DNA of 7,863 nucleotides from a virus (Duplodnaviria; Heunggongvirae; Uroviricota; Caudoviricetes): IMG/VR virus record IMGVR_UViG_2548876950_000005, positions 1 to 7,863 of that record; one strand, 5' to 3'. Shown piece by piece: positions 5,132 to 7,863 of this stretch (position 1 is its first letter; each line of letters starts with the position of its first letter). The notes under the pieces were generated by a model. It saw only the letters and a program-made list of their open reading frames with translations, ran no database searches and was not told where the DNA came from. The position numbers and the translations under genes were made by a program.

Positions 5132-5316
5132 TTCCGGTAGAACTGGCGAAAACTCCAGAGTTAAGTCGATTAAAAAGAGAATATCACATTGCTGAGGCTC
5201 GTTACTGGCGTAAAGCGGGAGATAAATCAAAGAAACAACTTTGTTTATGGCAGGCACAAAGAGAGCGCATGAATGAGCGCGAGTTTCTTTCCTCCCCATC
5301 CGAATTACCATTCTGA
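5128..5316 (+). CDS. Hypothetical protein, 62 aa, in the position lambda gam would occupy
   Basis: ATG 5128 with GGAGG SD 5 nt upstream; ATGA overlap with the kil stop. Product MIPVELAKTPELSRLKREYHIAEARYWRKAGDKSKKQLCLWQAQRERMNEREF…; not similar to Gam. Confidence 0.45.
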   Translation: MIPVELAKTPELSRLKREYHIAEARYWRKAGDKSKKQLCLWQAQRERMNEREFLSSPSELPF

Positions 5317-5324
5317 GGCAAATT

Positions 5325-6005
5325 ATGGGAACTGCGACATTAATACTCGGTGAGTCTGGCACCGGAAAATCAACCAGCATGAGAAATATCAATCCAGAGG
5401 AAGCAATACTTATAAAACCAATAGGCAAGCCGCTACCATTTAAATCAAAAGACTGGCTTGCATGGGATGCCAGAGCAAAAAAAGGAACCGTAGTTACCAC
5501 TGACAAATGGGACGTAATAGTTGCCGTAATTAAGCGTGCTCACGAATACGGGAAAAGAATCGTTATTGTTGATGACTTCCAGTATGTGATGAGCAATGAG
5601 TTTATGCGCCGCTCAGAAGAAAAATCGTTTGATAAATTTACTGAGATAGGCCGTCACGCATGGGAGGTCATTAAGGCTGCGCAGGATGCGCCTGATGACC
5701 TGAGAGTCTATTTTCTTGCGCACACCGAAGAAACTCCTATGGGGCGTGTGAAAATGAAGACTATCGGCAAAATGCTGGACGAGAAAATCACTGTCGAAGG
5801 CATGTTTACTATAGTTCTTCGCACCCTTACCCGTGATGACCAGTTCTTTTTCACCACAAAAAACAACGGTGCAGACACTGTTAAATCCCCAATGGGAATG
5901 TTTGATTCCAATGAGATTGATAACGATCTCTCTTTCGTCGATGCCACTGTTTGTGATTACTACGGCATCAATAATGTTCATCAAATTAAGGAAAACGCCG
6001 CATGA
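5325..6005 (+). CDS. P-loop NTPase, probably a Sak4/AAA_24-like recombination ATPase
   Basis: Walker A LILGESGTGKST at residues 6-17; Walker B RIVIVDDF; about 226 aa; GAGG SD. Sits where the lambda recombination genes lie and is coupled to a DUF669-like gene. Confidence 0.65.
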   Translation: MGTATLILGESGTGKSTSMRNINPEEAILIKPIGKPLPFKSKDWLAWDARAKKGTVVTTDKWDVIVAVIKRAHEYGKRIVIVDDFQYVMSNEFMRRSEEKSFDKFTEIGRHAWEVIKAAQDAPDDLRVYFLAHTEETPMGRVKMKTIGKMLDEKITVEGMFTIVLRTLTRDDQFFFTTKNNGADTVKSPMGMFDSNEIDNDLSFVDATVCDYYGINNVHQIKENAA

Positions 6006-6589
6006 GCAACGTGATTTTTACTTATAACGAAGAAGCAGCACTGACCGCAGGGCAAGGTGGTTTTATTAACGAAACTGGTGCTCATATCATTACCATTACT
6101 GAAGCAGAACTAAAGCAATCAGAAAAAGGAGCCAAATTTATTGAGTTTTCTGGCGAATCTGACGACGGACGTAAAATCCAATATCTTGGCGTCTGTGTTC
6201 AGAAAAATGACGGAACGGAAAACAAATTTGGCGCAAATGTCGTTCACGCCATGATGGGGTGTGCCGGGATTGGACAATTAACGCAGCATATGGTTTCCGC
6301 CAGTAAATTTGTTGCACCTGAATTTCATGGAAAGAAAATCGGGTTAGTGCTCCAGAAAGTATTAACCACAAACAAAAAGACTGGCGCAGACAGCTACCAG
6401 ATGGAAATACGCATCCCGTTTATTGCACAAACAGGTCAAACCCTTAAAGAAAAGGCAGAAGGCAAGCAACCAGAAACTATCGCCAACATGGTTGCCAATC
6501 TCAAAGATAAAGACAATCGCTCTAAAAACGTAAGCCAGAATCATGCAGATGATTATGGTTACAGCCAGAACGATTACCCTCCTTTCTGA
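6002..6589 (+). CDS. DUF669-like protein (usual partner of Sak4-type ATPases)
   Basis: ATGA start/stop overlap with the ATPase gene. Size (195 aa) and overall sequence pattern are consistent with my recollection of DUF669 proteins; unverified. Confidence 0.55.
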   Translation: MSNVIFTYNEEAALTAGQGGFINETGAHIITITEAELKQSEKGAKFIEFSGESDDGRKIQYLGVCVQKNDGTENKFGANVVHAMMGCAGIGQLTQHMVSASKFVAPEFHGKKIGLVLQKVLTTNKKTGADSYQMEIRIPFIAQTGQTLKEKAEGKQPETIANMVANLKDKDNRSKNVSQNHADDYGYSQNDYPPF

Positions 6590-6612
6590 TTACTGAAAAT
6601 AAGGCTCCCATT

Positions 6613-6909
6613 ATGCCAGCGCCTCTGTATGGTGCGGATGACCCGCACAACTGCTCCGGTAGCTCCAAGGCGGAGGTGCTGGAAAATATCAAAAACATTT
6701 TCGACACGTTTATTGATCTGCCACCAGAAACAAAAGCAGAACGGATGTACCGACGCGATATACAACTCGCGCTAAAACAGGAGAAGGACAGAACAAACGA
6801 AACAGCAATGAGACCGTTGCGAAAAGCAACAATAGACAAATTCCCTGAATATATCGACCCGCGCCTGCGTAATTACCGATCACGCTATGGCGCTATCAGT
6901 AATGACTGA
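6613..6909 (+). CDS. Hypothetical protein, 98 aa
   Basis: ORF in the operon direction with AAGG-type SD; no family recognised. Confidence 0.45.
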   Translation: MPAPLYGADDPHNCSGSSKAEVLENIKNIFDTFIDLPPETKAERMYRRDIQLALKQEKDRTNETAMRPLRKATIDKFPEYIDPRLRNYRSRYGAISND

Positions 6910-6919
6910 GGAATTTACC

Positions 6920-7087
6920 ATGAGAGGACTTGCATACAATCCCGGCATTCTTCCGGCAGGAATGATTATTCGCCAACGCGTAAAGCCAATGCCATCGAGA
7001 GAGGAATTGCTTAAGAGAAAGAGTTTCGGTTCTGTTAACGACAACAGATATCTGAATGCGATGTGGCGCACAGGAGGCAACCAGTGA
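6920..7087 (+). CDS. Hypothetical protein, 55 aa
   Basis: Internal ATG 6920 of track ORF 6887..7087, with GAGG SD 7 nt upstream; stop overlaps the GTG start of the next gene (GTGA). Confidence 0.4.
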   Translation: MRGLAYNPGILPAGMIIRQRVKPMPSREELLKRKSFGSVNDNRYLNAMWRTGGNQ

Positions 7088-7806
7088 GCGAGATTGACTA
7101 TCAGGCACTGCGTAAAGCGGCGCAACTGGCAACACAGGGTGAATGGGTCGCATTTATTTCGTCTGGTACTGGTACATATGCGGTGCATACGCCGGGGGAT
7201 GAACGTTGCGGAGACATTATCAAATGGCCTGGCTTTGACGGCCAGAAAAATGCAGAGAACAACGCAGAATTTATCGCAGCTTTCAACCCTAAATTAGTGC
7301 AGACACTGCTGGATGAACGGGAAAGAAACCAGCAATACATCAAACGCCGCGACCAGGAGAACGAGGATATTGCGCTAACGGTTGGGAGGCTGCGCGTTGA
7401 GCTGGAAGCCAAAGACAGCAAAATAGCCAATCTTACCGCCGAACGCGATGCTCTTCGTGAAGGTGAGATGGGCGACGCTAGGCATAGCAACACACGGGCC
7501 GCAGCTGATATCTACTTCCAACTGGTCGAGGAATGCGAAATTCCTGCTGGCGGATCTCTGGTCGAGTACGTTGACGATATGCGCGAGAAGCTGGAAGCCG
7601 CAGAGAAGCGCATTGCAGAGTTAGAAAGTGGTTCTCAGGCACAAAAGTTAGTTGAAGCAATCATTGTTGCGATAGAAAACGAACAGGAAAGGCTTTTTGA
7701 TGAAGATTACCTAATGGATTCGAAAGAATGCATTGACGTAATTCGTGAAGAAGTAAAGCGATGGAATGATTCCCGTGCCGCTGGCATTCGCATCAAAGGA
7801 GAGTGA
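7084..7806 (+). CDS. Ead/Ea22-like protein, 240 aa
   Basis: GTG 7084 with GGAGG SD. N-terminal [20 protein letters not shown] matches the motif I associate with Ead/Ea22-like prophage proteins; C-terminal region is coiled-coil-like. Confidence 0.55.
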   Translation: MSEIDYQALRKAAQLATQGEWVAFISSGTGTYAVHTPGDERCGDIIKWPGFDGQKNAENNAEFIAAFNPKLVQTLLDERERNQQYIKRRDQENEDIALTVGRLRVELEAKDSKIANLTAERDALREGEMGDARHSNTRAAADIYFQLVEECEIPAGGSLVEYVDDMREKLEAAEKRIAELESGSQAQKLVEAIIVAIENEQERLFDEDYLMDSKECIDVIREEVKRWNDSRAAGIRIKGE

Positions 7807-7807
7807 T

Positions 7808-7863
7808 ATGACCACTTTTACCGACAAAGAACTGATTAAAGAAATCAAAGAGCGCATAGGCAG
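7808..7863 (+). CDS. Start of a further ORF (MTTFTDKELIKEIKERIG…), truncated by the window end
   Basis: ATG 7808 with AGGAG SD about 7 nt upstream, 2 nt after the preceding stop. Confidence 0.4.
   Translation, partial: MTTFTDKELIKEIKERIG

Noticed and set aside
5123-7660. Multiple minus-strand ORFs (5123..5506, 5613..5984, 5708..5947, 6138..6371, 6362..6544, 6522..6839, 6574..6765, 6880..7188, 6896..7153, 7101..7493, 7478..7660) and plus-strand overlaps (5833..6027, 7094..7297)
   Set aside because: All lie antisense to, or out of frame within, the tightly coupled plus-strand operon, which has RBSs and start-stop overlaps; none has a convincing RBS.
1-7863. Integrase, attachment site, tRNA or insertion sequence
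   Set aside because: No tRNA-like structure, terminal inverted repeats or recombinase ORF is evident; the window appears to lie internal to the prophage.

Overview
This window reads as the immunity and early-left region of an integrated lambdoid (enterobacterial) prophage, inverted relative to the conventional lambda map. The order is: O-like replication initiator (partial, minus) <- 47-aa ORF <- cII <- nutR <- cro <- pR/OR/pRM -> cI -> two unrecognised cargo genes in the rexAB position -> OL/pL -> nutL -> short Arg-rich N-like ORF -> 150-aa ORF (with a convergent 84-aa minus-strand ORF) -> tL1-like terminator -> cIII -> kil -> 62-aa ORF -> P-loop ATPase (Sak4/AAA_24-like) -> DUF669-like protein -> two small ORFs -> Ead/Ea22-like protein -> start of a further ORF. 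cII, cIII and kil are recognised by near-identity to my recollection of the lambda proteins. cI and cro are called from their domains and motifs, and the operators, promoters and nut sites were read directly from the sequence. No database search was possible, so all family assignments rest on memory of motifs. The most interesting parts are the unrecognised lysogeny-linked cargo downstream of cI, the counter-oriented ORF with upstream repeats inside the pL operon, and the replacement of the Red module by an ATPase/DUF669 pair with the junction inside kil.
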